A DNA stretch of 64,000 nucleotides from Chloroflexi bacterium UBA4730 (GTDB lineage Bacteria; Chloroflexota; Limnocylindria; P2-11E): NCBI GenBank assembly GCA_002404155.1, contig DHJC01000092.1, forward strand, positions 10,636 to 74,635, read 5' to 3'. Shown here piece by piece: positions 41,743 through 51,127 of this stretch. The notes beneath the pieces were generated by a model. The model ran no database searches. It worked only from the letters and a program-made list of their open reading frames with translations, and was not told the DNA's origin. The number at the start of each line of letters is the position of its first letter. Within the stretch, counting starts at the first letter, position 1. Position numbers and translations under genes: made by a program.

Positions 41743-44700
41743 TCAGGGCGCTATATCGGTTCGCGCGCGCTTGCGGGCGTAGGCGCGGGTGTCGGCGTTC
41801 TCGACGAGCGCCTTCGCGCTCTTCCCGTCGAGCGGGTACGTCGCGATGCCCCAGGACCGCGCCGGCATGCGGATCTTCCCGCCGTCGGACAGCTCGACCT
41901 CGCTGTGGTCGAGCTCATCCATCAACCGCTGCACGACGCGCTCGGCCTCGTCACGCGGTGTGTCGGGCATGACGATCGCGAACTCGTCACCCCCGTAGCG
42001 GGCCGGGATGTCCTCCATCCGCACGCGCCGGCCGATGACCCCACCGAGCGTGCGCAACACTGCGTCGCCGGCAAGGTGCCCGTACGTGTCATTGATCCGC
42101 TTCAGGCCGTCGATGTCGAAGTACGCCACCGCGAGCGGTGTCGTGCGGCGCTCGGCACGCGCGACCTCCTCCTCGAGGCGGCCGTAGAAGTAGCCGTAGT
42201 TGTGAATGCCGGTGAGCGCGTCCGTGTTGGCCGCCCGCTTCAGTCGCTCGTGCAGCTCGGCAACGTCGATGGCCGCGGCGATCTGCGCGGCGACCGCCTG
42301 CAGGAGCGTGAGGTCCCGCCGGCCGAAGACGCCGACCGACGGATGTGACACGACGAGCGCGCCGATCGCGCGGCCCGATGAGAGCAGCGGCACGACCATC
42401 TCCGAGCGCACGCTCGGATCGCCGAGGTAGCGCGGGTCGGTGCGCACGTCGTCGACGATCTGGGCCTCACCACGCTCCACGACCCAGCCGGAGAGCCCAC
42501 GGCCCTTCTCGACCCGCGCGGGGCCGGCCAGGTCCGTCCGCGACCCGGCGGCGGAGCGCACAACGAGGTCGCCGGTCGTCTCTTCGCGGAGCAAGATCGT
42601 GAACGCCGCGCCGGCCATATGCCGTTCGAGGATCGCGAGGATGCGCGCGAGGAGCTGCTGCATGTCGAGCAAGGTGTGGAACTCCGGCGTGATCTCGGCG
42701 AGGATCGACAGCTCTCGCGACGCGCCGACCTCCTCCTCCGCCGCGGCCACGGCGCCGCGGGCCTCGATCATCGTGACGAACTCGTCGACGATCTTCGGGT
42801 CGTACCACACGCCCGCGAGGGTGCGCAGCTCCGCGATGGCGGCCTCCGCCGGGAGCGCGCGCCGGTACGGACGATCCGCGAGCATGGCCTCGTAGCCGAT
42901 CGCGACGGACAGGATCCGCGCGGCAAGCGGGATCGCATCGGCCGTCAGCCCCATCGGGTAGCCGGTGCCGTCCCAGCGCTCGTTCGCGTGGCGCACGATG
43001 GGCACCACCGAGCGCAGGAATTCGATCGACTCGAGGATGCGCGCGCCGAGGAGCGGGTGCTCCTGGACGATCTTGCGTTCCTCGGTCGTGAGCGGGCCGC
43101 TCTTCGCGAGGATCGTCGCCGGCACGCCGATCTTGCCGAGCGAATGGAACAGCGACGCGTAGCGGAGGTCGCGAAGCACGTCGTCGCCCAGCCCGAGGCG
43201 CTCGCCGAGCGCGACCGCGTCCGCCGCGATGCGGCGCTGATGATCCTCGTGATAGCCGTCGCGGGCCTGGATCATCGCGGTGAGCTTCGAGACCGTCGAC
43301 AGATATGCGTCATCGAGCTTGAGATACAGGCGCATCGAGCGGATGGCCGTGGCACCCATCCCGGAGAGGACCCCGATGAGCTCGCGCTCGTCGTCGGTGA
43401 ACCGGTGGGGCTCGGTCCACGTGACCAGCAGGAGCCCCACGGATTCGGACGCGGCGCGGAGCGGCTGCACGAGCAGAGCGCGGTGGCCCCACTCCCGTAG
43501 CCGCGCGCGCGTCGGATCGGGCGCCTGCTCGGCGTCGGTGATCTCGACCGGCTTGCCGGACTCGAGCGCGGTCATGTAGTCGCTCGGCGTGGCCTTCGAG
43601 AGCGCGAGATGCTCCGTCGGCCGCCGGCCGGTGGTGTTGCCGGCGAACTCGAGGCTCTCGCCGCCCGTATCCAGGTACACCGCCGCCGCGGAGGCCCGAT
43701 CGAGGACACGAACGCGTTCGCGAATAGCTGGATGACGTCCTCCATCCGCCGCTGGCTGTTGATCTCGACGCCGGTGCGATGGAGATCGACGAGCCGCTTG
43801 GAGAGGCCGCTCGCGCGCGCGTACAGGTCCGCACGCTCGATCGCGATGGCCGCTTCGTTCGCGATCGCGACGAGGAGCTCGAGATCGCCCTCGTCGTACG
43901 CGTTCGGCTTCACGCTCTGGACCGACAGCGCCCCAACGACGACGCCCTGGATGCGCATCGGCGCGACCAGGACCGACCGTTCGTTGATCGTCCCCCAGGC
44001 GCTGCGGACGAGCCCGAGCTTCGCCAGGTCGCGCGCAATGTCGCGTACGAGCAGCGGCTGGGCGCGCTCGACGACGAGTCCAGCGAGCGTGCCGTCCACC
44101 GGACCATCCTCGCCGGGCAGCTCGCGATCGGCGTCGACCAGGAAGCGGTACGACATGACCGAGCGCGCGCGGTCGACGATGGCGACGAAGAAGGCGTCGG
44201 TCTCCAGCACCGTTCGGACCTGCGCGTACACCGCGCGGAACACTTCGGTCGTGTCGAGCGACATGCCGACGGCGTGGCCGACCTCGACGAGCGTGGCCAT
44301 GAGCCGCGCCCGCCGCTCCGCGACGAAACGGGCCCGGATGTCCAGGTATCCGAACACGAGTGCGGGAATCCCCGGCACGAGGAACCACGGCTGGATGACG
44401 ATGATCTCGATCGTGATGACGGCCGCGAGGCTCCAGAGGAGCTGCGCGCGCCCGGTACGGACGAGCCAGCGCCACCCACGCTCCAGCGATGCGCCGCGCA
44501 GGGCCGCGAGCAGGAGATACAGCTGGCCGAGATCGACGGCCACGAGCCCGAACACCGCGAGCACCGCTGCGGGGATCGAGGCCGGCGCATCGACCTGCGG
44601 GGCGAGGCTGCGCCACGCGATCGCATAGAGCAGTGATGCGACGCCGCTCGAGATCGCGATCGCCCCGGCGTTGCGGATGATCTGCTCGCGCCGCTTGTGG

Positions 44701-44996
44701 TTGATCATGTCGCTCGTCATGCGCGCGAGCGCCGCGACGATCGACACGGCGCCGAGCGGGAGGAAGATGACCCCGGCGACGATGGCCACGTCGGACGGGC
44801 TGAGGTCGGCGTCGGGATGGATGCGGATGGGCCGGGTCGCGAGCAGCACGGTCGCGGCGTAGAGCGCGCCGACGAGCCACAGCTGTACCGGCATCATGAC
44901 GAGCCCGACCGCGCCCAGCGCGAGGAACGGGATCGAGACCAGGGCCGTCGCGAGGATCAGACCTGTCGTTGCGGCGCGGTTCCGCACCCCACCCAT
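41743..44996 (-). pseudogene. about 1084-aa c-di-GMP signalling protein (multi-TM sensor, GAF, GAF, HD-GYP-like, GAF, GGDEF) interrupted by a 1-nt frame change near 43707-43712
   Basis: ORF 43572..44996 (TM region + GAF) is protein-like up to ...IQLFANAFV. ORF 41743..44880 is protein-like only from ...RVLDRASAAAVYLD onward. The two frames meet at 43707-43712. Downstream domains: HD-GYP (HANERWDGTGYP, but LFHSLGKIG instead of HD) and GGDEF (RYGGDEFAIV with RMED I-site). This may be an assembly indel rather than a true pseudogene. Confidence 0.7.
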
Positions 44997-45052
44997 CGTC
45001 GGTCGTGACGCTAGCAGGGGGTCTTGGCGGAACGTTGTCTAGGCGGGATCAG

Positions 45053-45223
45053 CTACCGCGAACGAAGGTACCGCTCAAAAAGCAGGATCGCGACGAGGAT
45101 CGCGGCGATGATCAGGACTTCTCGGATCCCACCGCGCTCGACACCAGGGCGGACCACGAGCAGCACGAGGACGAGCGCGAGGAGCGTGCCGGCCGCGACG
45201 ACGAACGCGCGGCGCCGGTCCAC
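45053..45223 (-). CDS. 56-aa two-TM protein immediately downstream of sdhB
   Basis: GTG 45223 lies 2 nt after the sdhB TAG. VDRRRAFVVAAGTLLALVLVLLVVRPGVERGGIREVLIIAAILVAILLFERYLRSR. Below the ORF-track threshold as an independent ORF. Confidence 0.4.
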   Translation of the reverse strand: MDRRRAFVVAAGTLLALVLVLLVVRPGVERGGIREVLIIAAILVAILLFERYLRSR

Positions 45224-45225
45224 CG

Positions 45226-46032
45226 CTAGGCCTTGGCGGACGGCGGCTCCGGCTCGCCCGGGCCCGGCTGCTGCGCCCCCTTGGAGAGAACACGCCGCTT
45301 CACCCAGGCCAAGGGGTCGTAGAACTCGGTCACGATCCGCTCCTTGAGCGGGATGATCGCGTTGTCCGTGATGTGGATGTCCTCGGGACAGACCTCGGTG
45401 CAGCACTTGGTGATGTTGCAGAACCCAAGTCCGGCCTTCTGGCGGATGAGCTCGAGGCGGTCATTCGTGTCGAGCGGATGCATCTCGAGCGCGGCGAGCC
45501 GAACGAAGAACCGTGGGCCGGCGAACGCCTTCTTATTCTCCTCGTGATCGCGGATGACATGACAGGTGTCCTGGCAGAGGAAGCATTCGATGCACTTGTG
45601 GAATTCCTGGACGCGATCGATGTCCTCCTGGTACATCCGGCGCGTGCCGTCGGCCTCCTTCGGCTTCGGCTTGAACGCGGGGATCTCCTTCGCCTTCTCG
45701 TAGTTGAATGAGACGTCCGTGACCAGGTCCTTGATGATCGGGAAGGTCTTCATCGGCGAGACCGTGATCTCCTCGCCGGGCGCGAAGGTGTTCATCCGGG
45801 TCATGCACAGGAGCCGCGCGTGGCCATTGATCTCCGCGCTGCACGAGCCACATTTGCCGGCCTTGCAGTTCCAGCGGACCGCGAGATCCGGCGCGCGGAG
45901 CGCCTGGATCCGGTGGATGACGTCGAGCACGACCATGCCCTCGACCATCGGCACGGTGTACGTCTCGAAGCGGCCGCCGGTCTTGGTCCCGCGCCAGATG
46001 GACATCGTGGCGTCGCGCGTCTCGTCGGTCAT
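45226..46032 (-). CDS. sdhB: succinate dehydrogenase/fumarate reductase iron-sulfur subunit
   Basis: 268 aa from MTDETRD. CKAGKCGSCSAEINGHARLLC (2Fe-2S), CIECFLCQDTC and CNITKCCTEVCP (4Fe-4S/3Fe-4S). ATGA overlap with sdhA. Confidence 0.92.
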   Translation of the reverse strand: MTDETRDATMSIWRGTKTGGRFETYTVPMVEGMVVLDVIHRIQALRAPDLAVRWNCKAGKCGSCSAEINGHARLLCMTRMNTFAPGEEITVSPMKTFPIIKDLVTDVSFNYEKAKEIPAFKPKPKEADGTRRMYQEDIDRVQEFHKCIECFLCQDTCHVIRDHEENKKAFAGPRFFVRLAALEMHPLDTNDRLELIRQKAGLGFCNITKCCTEVCPEDIHITDNAIIPLKERIVTEFYDPLAWVKRRVLSKGAQQPGPGEPEPPSAKA

Positions 46033-47840
46033 GCCGGCTGCTTCTCCTCGGCTAGGACGAGCTGGCGCAGCTCCTCCGGGATCTGCGGGAGTGGCTCGGT
46101 CGCGAGCTCGAGCTGGCCGCCGCGCTTGCGGGTGACGACGTTCTTCTTCCCCCACTCGGGATCCGCCTTCTGGTAGTCGTCGCGGGTGTGGCCTCCGCGG
46201 CTCTCCTGCCGCATGAGCGCCGAGCGTGCACAGGCCTTCGACACCGTGATCATCGACCGGAGGTCGAGGGCAAGGTGCCAGCCGGGGTTGAACTGCCGGT
46301 TGCCTTCGACGGTCACGCGGTCGACCCGCTCGCCGAGCACGTCGAGCGTCGCGATGGCCTGCTGGAGCTCCGCCTCGGTGCGGATGATGCCGACGAGGCG
46401 CTGCATCGTCTCCTGTAGCTCGGCATGGAGCGCGTACGGGTTCTCGGTCCCCTCGCCGTCGAACGGCGCGAGCATCGAGCGCGCGGCCGCCTCCACCTGC
46501 GCGTCATCCACCGCGCGGGCGTTCGTCCGGCTCGCATAGGCCGCCGCGCCGGCACCGGCCCGGCGGCCGAACACGAGCAGATCCGAGAGGGAGTTCCCGC
46601 CGAGCCGGTTCGCGCCGTGCATACCCGCCGCGACCTCGCCCGCAGCGAAGAGCCCGGGCACCGTCGCCGCGGCCGTCTCGGGCTCGACCCGCACGCCACC
46701 CATGAAGTAGTGGCACGTCGGGCCGATCTCCATGGCGGTCGTCGTGATGTCGACGTCGGCCAGCTGCTTGAACTGTTGATACATCGACGGCAGCCGCTTC
46801 TTGATGAACTCCGGCGAGCGGCGCGACGCGATGTCGAGGTACACACCGCCGTGCGGAGTGCCGCGACCGGCCTTCACCTCGGTGTTGATCGCGCGCGCGA
46901 CCTCGTCGCGCGGCAGGAGGTCCGGTGTGCGGCGGTTGTTCTTCTTGTCCTCGTACCACGCGTCGGCCTCGCGCTCGTTCTCGGCGGTATCGGCCCGAAA
47001 GAACTCGGGGATGTAATCGAACATGAACCGCTTGCCCTCGTTGTTCGTCAGCATGCCGCCGTCTCCACGGACGCCCTCGGTCACGAGCAGGCCACGGACG
47101 CTCGGGGGCCACACCATCCCCGTCGGGTGGAACTGGACCATCTCCATGTCGATGAGGTCCGTGCCCGCGTCGAGGGCCATCGCGATCCCGTCGCCGGTGT
47201 ACTCCCACGAGTTGGACGTGATCTTCCACGCCTTCCCACCGCCGCCGGTCGCGAGGACCACGGCACGCGCGCCGAAGAGGACGAACTTCCCGCTTTCCCG
47301 CCAGTAGCCGAACGCGCCCGCGATCTTGCCGCCGTCGGTGAGGAGGCGCTGGAGCGTGCACTCCATGTATACGTCGATGCCCTTGTGCACCGCGTGCTGC
47401 TGGAGGATGCGGATCATCTCGAGCCCGGTGCGGTCGCCGACGTGCGCGAGCCGCGCGTAGCGGTGGCCGCCGAAGTCTCGCTGGAGGATGAGTCCGTCAC
47501 TCGTCCGATCGAACAGGGCACCCCACTCCTCGAGCTCGAGCACGCGGTCCGGCGCCTCCTGGGCGTGCAGCTGCGCCATCCGCCAGTTGTTGAGGAGCTT
47601 GCCGCCGCGCATCGTGTCTCGAAAGTGGACGCGCCAGTTGTCCTCCTTCCACACATTGCCGAGCGCGGCGGCGATGCCGCCTTCGGCCATGACCGTGTGA
47701 GCCTTCCCGAGGAGCGACTTGCAGATGAGCGCCGTGTGCGCGCCCGCGGCCGACGCCTCGATCGCCGCGCGCAGCCCCGCACCGCCGGCCCCGACCACGA
47801 TCACGTCGTAGTCGTGCCGCTCGATCCCCTCTTTGCTCAT
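46029..47840 (-). CDS. sdhA: succinate dehydrogenase/fumarate reductase flavoprotein subunit
   Basis: 603 aa. VIVVGAGGAGLRAA, KAHTVMAEGG (FAD-His region), QFHPTG, RGGHTR. Confidence 0.95.
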   Translation of the reverse strand: MSKEGIERHDYDVIVVGAGGAGLRAAIEASAAGAHTALICKSLLGKAHTVMAEGGIAAALGNVWKEDNWRVHFRDTMRGGKLLNNWRMAQLHAQEAPDRVLELEEWGALFDRTSDGLILQRDFGGHRYARLAHVGDRTGLEMIRILQQHAVHKGIDVYMECTLQRLLTDGGKIAGAFGYWRESGKFVLFGARAVVLATGGGGKAWKITSNSWEYTGDGIAMALDAGTDLIDMEMVQFHPTGMVWPPSVRGLLVTEGVRGDGGMLTNNEGKRFMFDYIPEFFRADTAENEREADAWYEDKKNNRRTPDLLPRDEVARAINTEVKAGRGTPHGGVYLDIASRRSPEFIKKRLPSMYQQFKQLADVDITTTAMEIGPTCHYFMGGVRVEPETAAATVPGLFAAGEVAAGMHGANRLGGNSLSDLLVFGRRAGAGAAAYASRTNARAVDDAQVEAAARSMLAPFDGEGTENPYALHAELQETMQRLVGIIRTEAELQQAIATLDVLGERVDRVTVEGNRQFNPGWHLALDLRSMITVSKACARSALMRQESRGGHTRDDYQKADPEWGKKNVVTRKRGGQLELATEPLPQIPEELRQLVLAEEKQPA

Positions 47841-47873
47841 TTCCGGCTCATTTCCGGCTCATCTCCGGCTCAC
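47841..47873 (-). repeat. 11-bp tandem repeat x3 (minus strand TGAGCCGGA[AG]A) at the sdhC-sdhA junction
   Basis: Plus strand ttccggctcat (47841-51), ttccggctcat (47852-62), ctccggctcac (47863-73). A partial fourth copy gctcat ends at the sdhA start (47840). Confidence 0.95.
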
Positions 47874-48640
47874 GAGATCCAGCGGGGATCGACGATGACG
47901 CCCATCGCGACGAGGCGGATGTAGAGGTCGGTGAGGCCGACGACGACGAGGCTCGCCCAGGCCCACCGGTTGTGGCGCACGTTCAGCCGGTTGGAATAGG
48001 TCCAGAGCCGGAACCGGAGCGATGCCTTGTGGAACGAGTCGAGGTAGCCGCCGACGAGGTAGCGCGCCGAGTGGCAGCCCAACGTGTAGCCGGTGAGCAG
48101 CAGGACGTTCGCGACCATGATCACCGTGCCGAGGCCGATGCCGAAGTGCCCGTGGAAGTTGAATGCCTCGATCGCGTCCCACCAAAGGACGACCAGGACC
48201 AGCACCGCGATGTACAGCGTGTAGCGGTGGAGGTTCTGGATGATGAACGGGAAGCGCGTCTCGCCGCTGTACGTCTTCGGCGCGTCGGGGACGAGGCACG
48301 CCGGCGGTGACCTGAAGAAGCCGCGGTAGTACGAGCGGCGGTAGTAATAGCAGGTGAAGCGGAACGCGAGCGGCGAGCCGACGATGAGGATCGCCGGCGA
48401 AAGGTTCCACCACGAGCCGAGCAGCGGGAGCGTGGGGTGCACGCAGTTCTGCGCGAGGCACGGCGAGTAGAACGGCGAGAGGTACGGATCCGCGTAGTAG
48501 TTGCCGTTCGCCAGACTCGCCCACGTCGCGTAGACGACGAAGCCGCCAAGGACGACGACGTAGATGAGTGGCTCGACCCACCAGAGGTCCTTCCGCTCCA
48601 CGCGGTCCCCGATCCGGCGCACGCCGGAGGCCGTCGCCAT
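47870..48640 (-). CDS. sdhC: succinate dehydrogenase membrane anchor, single large subunit (actinobacterial Sdh1-type)
   Basis: ORF 47870..48694 (GTG); ATG 48640 preferred. Five or six hydrophobic helices with conserved His/Tyr-rich loops (FRFTCYYYRRSYYRGF, LGCHSARYLVGG). Position upstream of sdhA-sdhB. Confidence 0.8.
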   Translation of the reverse strand: MATASGVRRIGDRVERKDLWWVEPLIYVVVLGGFVVYATWASLANGNYYADPYLSPFYSPCLAQNCVHPTLPLLGSWWNLSPAILIVGSPLAFRFTCYYYRRSYYRGFFRSPPACLVPDAPKTYSGETRFPFIIQNLHRYTLYIAVLVLVVLWWDAIEAFNFHGHFGIGLGTVIMVANVLLLTGYTLGCHSARYLVGGYLDSFHKASLRFRLWTYSNRLNVRHNRWAWASLVVVGLTDLYIRLVAMGVIVDPRWIS

Positions 48641-48699
48641 CGGTCGAACGCTAGGCCGCGAAGTGCCCTGCTGACAAGGACATGGATGGGACACGAACC

Positions 48700-48714
48700 A
48701 TAGCCGTAGGCTAT
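48700..48714. promoter_or_regulatory. candidate LysR operator ATAG-N7-CTAT
   Basis: atagccgtaggctat read directly, between sdhC and the divergent LysR gene (ATG 48717). Same half-sites and spacing as 36333-36347. Confidence 0.45.
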
Positions 48715-48716
48715 GA

Positions 48717-49598
48717 ATGGTCGTGGAGCTTCAGCAGCTGCGCTACTTCGTCGCCGTCGCCGAGACCGGCAAGTTCACGACGGCTGCGCGCGACCTTCAC
48801 GTGGCCCAGCCGTCGGTGAGCAAACAGGTGCGGAAGCTCGAGACCGAGCTCGGCGCGGTGCTGCTCGAGCGGCGCAAGGCCGGCATCCTCCTCACTGACG
48901 CCGGCGCGATCCTCCTGCCCTGGGCGAAGCGCGTGCTCGCCGACCTGGACGGCGCCCGGTCGGAGGTCGCCGGCCTCGCGACGCTCGAGCGCGGCCGGCT
49001 GTCGGTCGGCGCGACCCCGAGCCTCAGCACGGTCCTGCTTCCGCGCGTGCTCGCCGCGTTCCACGCGGAGCATCCGGGCGTGACGCTGAACGTGGTCGAG
49101 GCCGGCTCGCGCGATCTCGTCGATCACCTCGCGGCAGGTGATCTGGACCTCGCCCTCGTCATCCTCCCGGTGCCGCGCGAGGAGCTGTTCGAGACGACGC
49201 CGCTCATCCGCGAGGAGCTCGTCCTTGCCGTCGCGAAGAAGCATCCGCTCGCGCGGCGCAAGACGGTGAAGGTGAGCGAGCTGCGCGGCGTCCCGCTCGT
49301 GATGTTCCGCGACGGCTACGACCTGCGGAGCGCGACGATCACCGCCTGCGAGCAGGCCGGGTTCCACCCGACATTCGCGATCGAGGGCGCCGAGATGGAC
49401 GGGGTGCTGCGGATGGCCGCCGCGGGGGTCGGCGTCGCGGTCGTGCCGAGCATGGTCGTCGAGCGCGGCGGGCGGCTCGTCGCGGTCCGCATCGCACAGC
49501 CGACGCTGTCGCGTTCCGTCGGCGTCGCGTTCCGCCGCGATCGCCACCACTCGCGGGCGGCTGACGCGTTCGTGGCGCGGCTGCGCGCGTTCATCTAG
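48717..49598 (+). CDS. LysR-family transcriptional regulator
   Basis: 293 aa. LRYFVAVAETGKFTTAARDLHVAQPSVSKQVRKLE HTH. Divergent from sdhCAB. Confidence 0.92.
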   Translation: MVVELQQLRYFVAVAETGKFTTAARDLHVAQPSVSKQVRKLETELGAVLLERRKAGILLTDAGAILLPWAKRVLADLDGARSEVAGLATLERGRLSVGATPSLSTVLLPRVLAAFHAEHPGVTLNVVEAGSRDLVDHLAAGDLDLALVILPVPREELFETTPLIREELVLAVAKKHPLARRKTVKVSELRGVPLVMFRDGYDLRSATITACEQAGFHPTFAIEGAEMDGVLRMAAAGVGVAVVPSMVVERGGRLVAVRIAQPTLSRSVGVAFRRDRHHSRAADAFVARLRAFI

Positions 49599-49608
49599 GG
49601 TCCGGGCC

Positions 49609-50001
49609 GTGCCGTCGCTGAACGCGATCGGGATCGCCTCGAAGGATCTCGCCGCGTCGATCCGCTTCTACCGCCTGCTCGGCGTCGCGTTCCCCGAGCC
49701 GGGCGGCGACCACGTCGAGGCCGTACTTCCGAACGGGCTCCGGTTGATGCTCGACGACCTGACGCGCATCAAGGCGCTCGACCCGGAATGGACCGCGCCG
49801 ACAGGCCACCGCATGGGCCTCGCGTTCGCGTGCGCGAGCCCGGCGGAGGTCGATGCGGTGCACGCGAAGGTGACCGCGGCGGGCCATGCGTCGAAGGCGC
49901 TCCCTCACGACGCGTTCTGGGGTCAGCGGTACGCGCAGGTCGTCGTTCCCGACGGCAACATCGTGGATCTGTTCGCGGCCCGTCCGGGCCAGGCGGCCTA
50001 G
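49609..50001 (+). CDS. VOC-family (glyoxalase/bleomycin-resistance fold) protein
   Basis: 130 aa. LNAIGIASKDLAASIRFYRLLG...HRMGLAF...FWGQRYAQVVVPDGNIVDLF. Confidence 0.82.
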   Translation: MPSLNAIGIASKDLAASIRFYRLLGVAFPEPGGDHVEAVLPNGLRLMLDDLTRIKALDPEWTAPTGHRMGLAFACASPAEVDAVHAKVTAAGHASKALPHDAFWGQRYAQVVVPDGNIVDLFAARPGQAA

Positions 50002-50672
50002 CCCAGCCGCCGCACCGCGAGTGGCCGCTCGCCGGAGCGATCCACCATGAACGCGCGGCCACCCTCGCGTCCGCTCACGACTTCGACCAGCTGCTCGTTC
50101 TCGTAGCTCGCGGCGACGCCGTCGTCGAGCGCGATCCCTTCAGGCAGGCCCGCCGCGATCTCGCGCGGGTAGACCATCGGACGCCGCTCCTCGCTGTCGT
50201 AGTGCGGGGTCGCGCTGCCCTTCAGGAATCCGAGCCCGTCGCGCAGTGCGCCGAGCTCCGGCGTGAACGAGTCGGTCGTGCCCCCTTCGAACCAGCAGAT
50301 GCACCCGGCGGACCAGCCGGTGAGGACGGTGCCGGCCTCGTACGCGGCGCGGAGCGCGCGGTCGACGCCGTGGACACGCCAGATCGCGAGCATGTTCGCG
50401 GTGTTGCCGCCGCCGACGATCACGACGTCCTGGTCGCGCACAAGCCTATCGATGTCGCCGATCGCGCGATCGAACAGCAACAGATGACTGAGCTCGCACT
50501 CGCGTCCGGCGAGCTGCTGGTAGAAGGTCAACAGGTACCCGGCGGAGTCGCCTGAGGCCGTCGGGAGGAACAGCACCTTGGGCCGCTTCGGCTTCGCGAA
50601 CGAGAGCACGTAATCGACGAGCGCGGGATGGAAAAGCTCGCGGCCGCCGCACGGGATGATCCGCCGGGTCAC
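49998..50672 (-). CDS. peptidase S51 (dipeptidase E-like)
   Basis: 224 aa. VIVGGGNTANML and nucleophile motif GWSAGCICWFEGG. Confidence 0.82.
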   Translation of the reverse strand: MTRRIIPCGGRELFHPALVDYVLSFAKPKRPKVLFLPTASGDSAGYLLTFYQQLAGRECELSHLLLFDRAIGDIDRLVRDQDVVIVGGGNTANMLAIWRVHGVDRALRAAYEAGTVLTGWSAGCICWFEGGTTDSFTPELGALRDGLGFLKGSATPHYDSEERRPMVYPREIAAGLPEGIALDDGVAASYENEQLVEVVSGREGGRAFMVDRSGERPLAVRRLG

Positions 50673-50681
50673 GCGCGCATG

Positions 50682-51071
50682 CTAGGCGGGCTCGGTGCGC
50701 CGCAGCGCGAGCCCAAAGACCGCGGGGATGACGAGGAACCCGATCGCGAAGACCGCGATCCAGAGGAACAGTGCGGTCGGATTGCAGGTGAGCTGCTGCG
50801 CGCAGCCCTCGATCGAGCGCTGCCGCTCGATCAGGAGGAGCGGCAGGCTCGCGGGCGCCGCCACGGCCGACGCGGTGACGAACGCGGTCGCGACGGTCGG
50901 GATCGAGCGCGGGATCCCGCCGGCGCGCGGGTCGATGCGCCGCGCGGACCACGCGGCCCAGGCCATCGAAGTCGCCGATGCGGCCGCGGCGAACTGGATG
51001 GACCAGCCGCGCGGACCCCAGACTTCCCAGACCGTGAGCGCGGCCCAGTACGCGAGCTTGATGGTCGTCAT
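50682..51071 (-). CDS. hypothetical 4-TM membrane protein
   Basis: Start at M27 of ORF 50682..51149 (MTTIKLAYWAALTVWEVW...). Trp/Ala-rich hydrophobic helices. No recognisable family. Confidence 0.4.
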   Translation of the reverse strand: MTTIKLAYWAALTVWEVWGPRGWSIQFAAAASATSMAWAAWSARRIDPRAGGIPRSIPTVATAFVTASAVAAPASLPLLLIERQRSIEGCAQQLTCNPTALFLWIAVFAIGFLVIPAVFGLALRRTEPA

Positions 51072-51127
51072 GCGGCCGACGAGAAGATTGAGCGTGCGGA
51101 AGTGCGGGCGCGGTCGCGAGGGCGCGT

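Noticed and set aside
43707-43712. Programmed -1 ribosomal frameshift joining the two halves of the GAF/HD-GYP/GGDEF protein
   Set aside because: No X-XXY-YYZ slippery heptamer and no obvious downstream pseudoknot spacing were seen. An indel, whether real or an assembly artefact, is the simpler explanation. It is kept as a finding, but not called as recoding.
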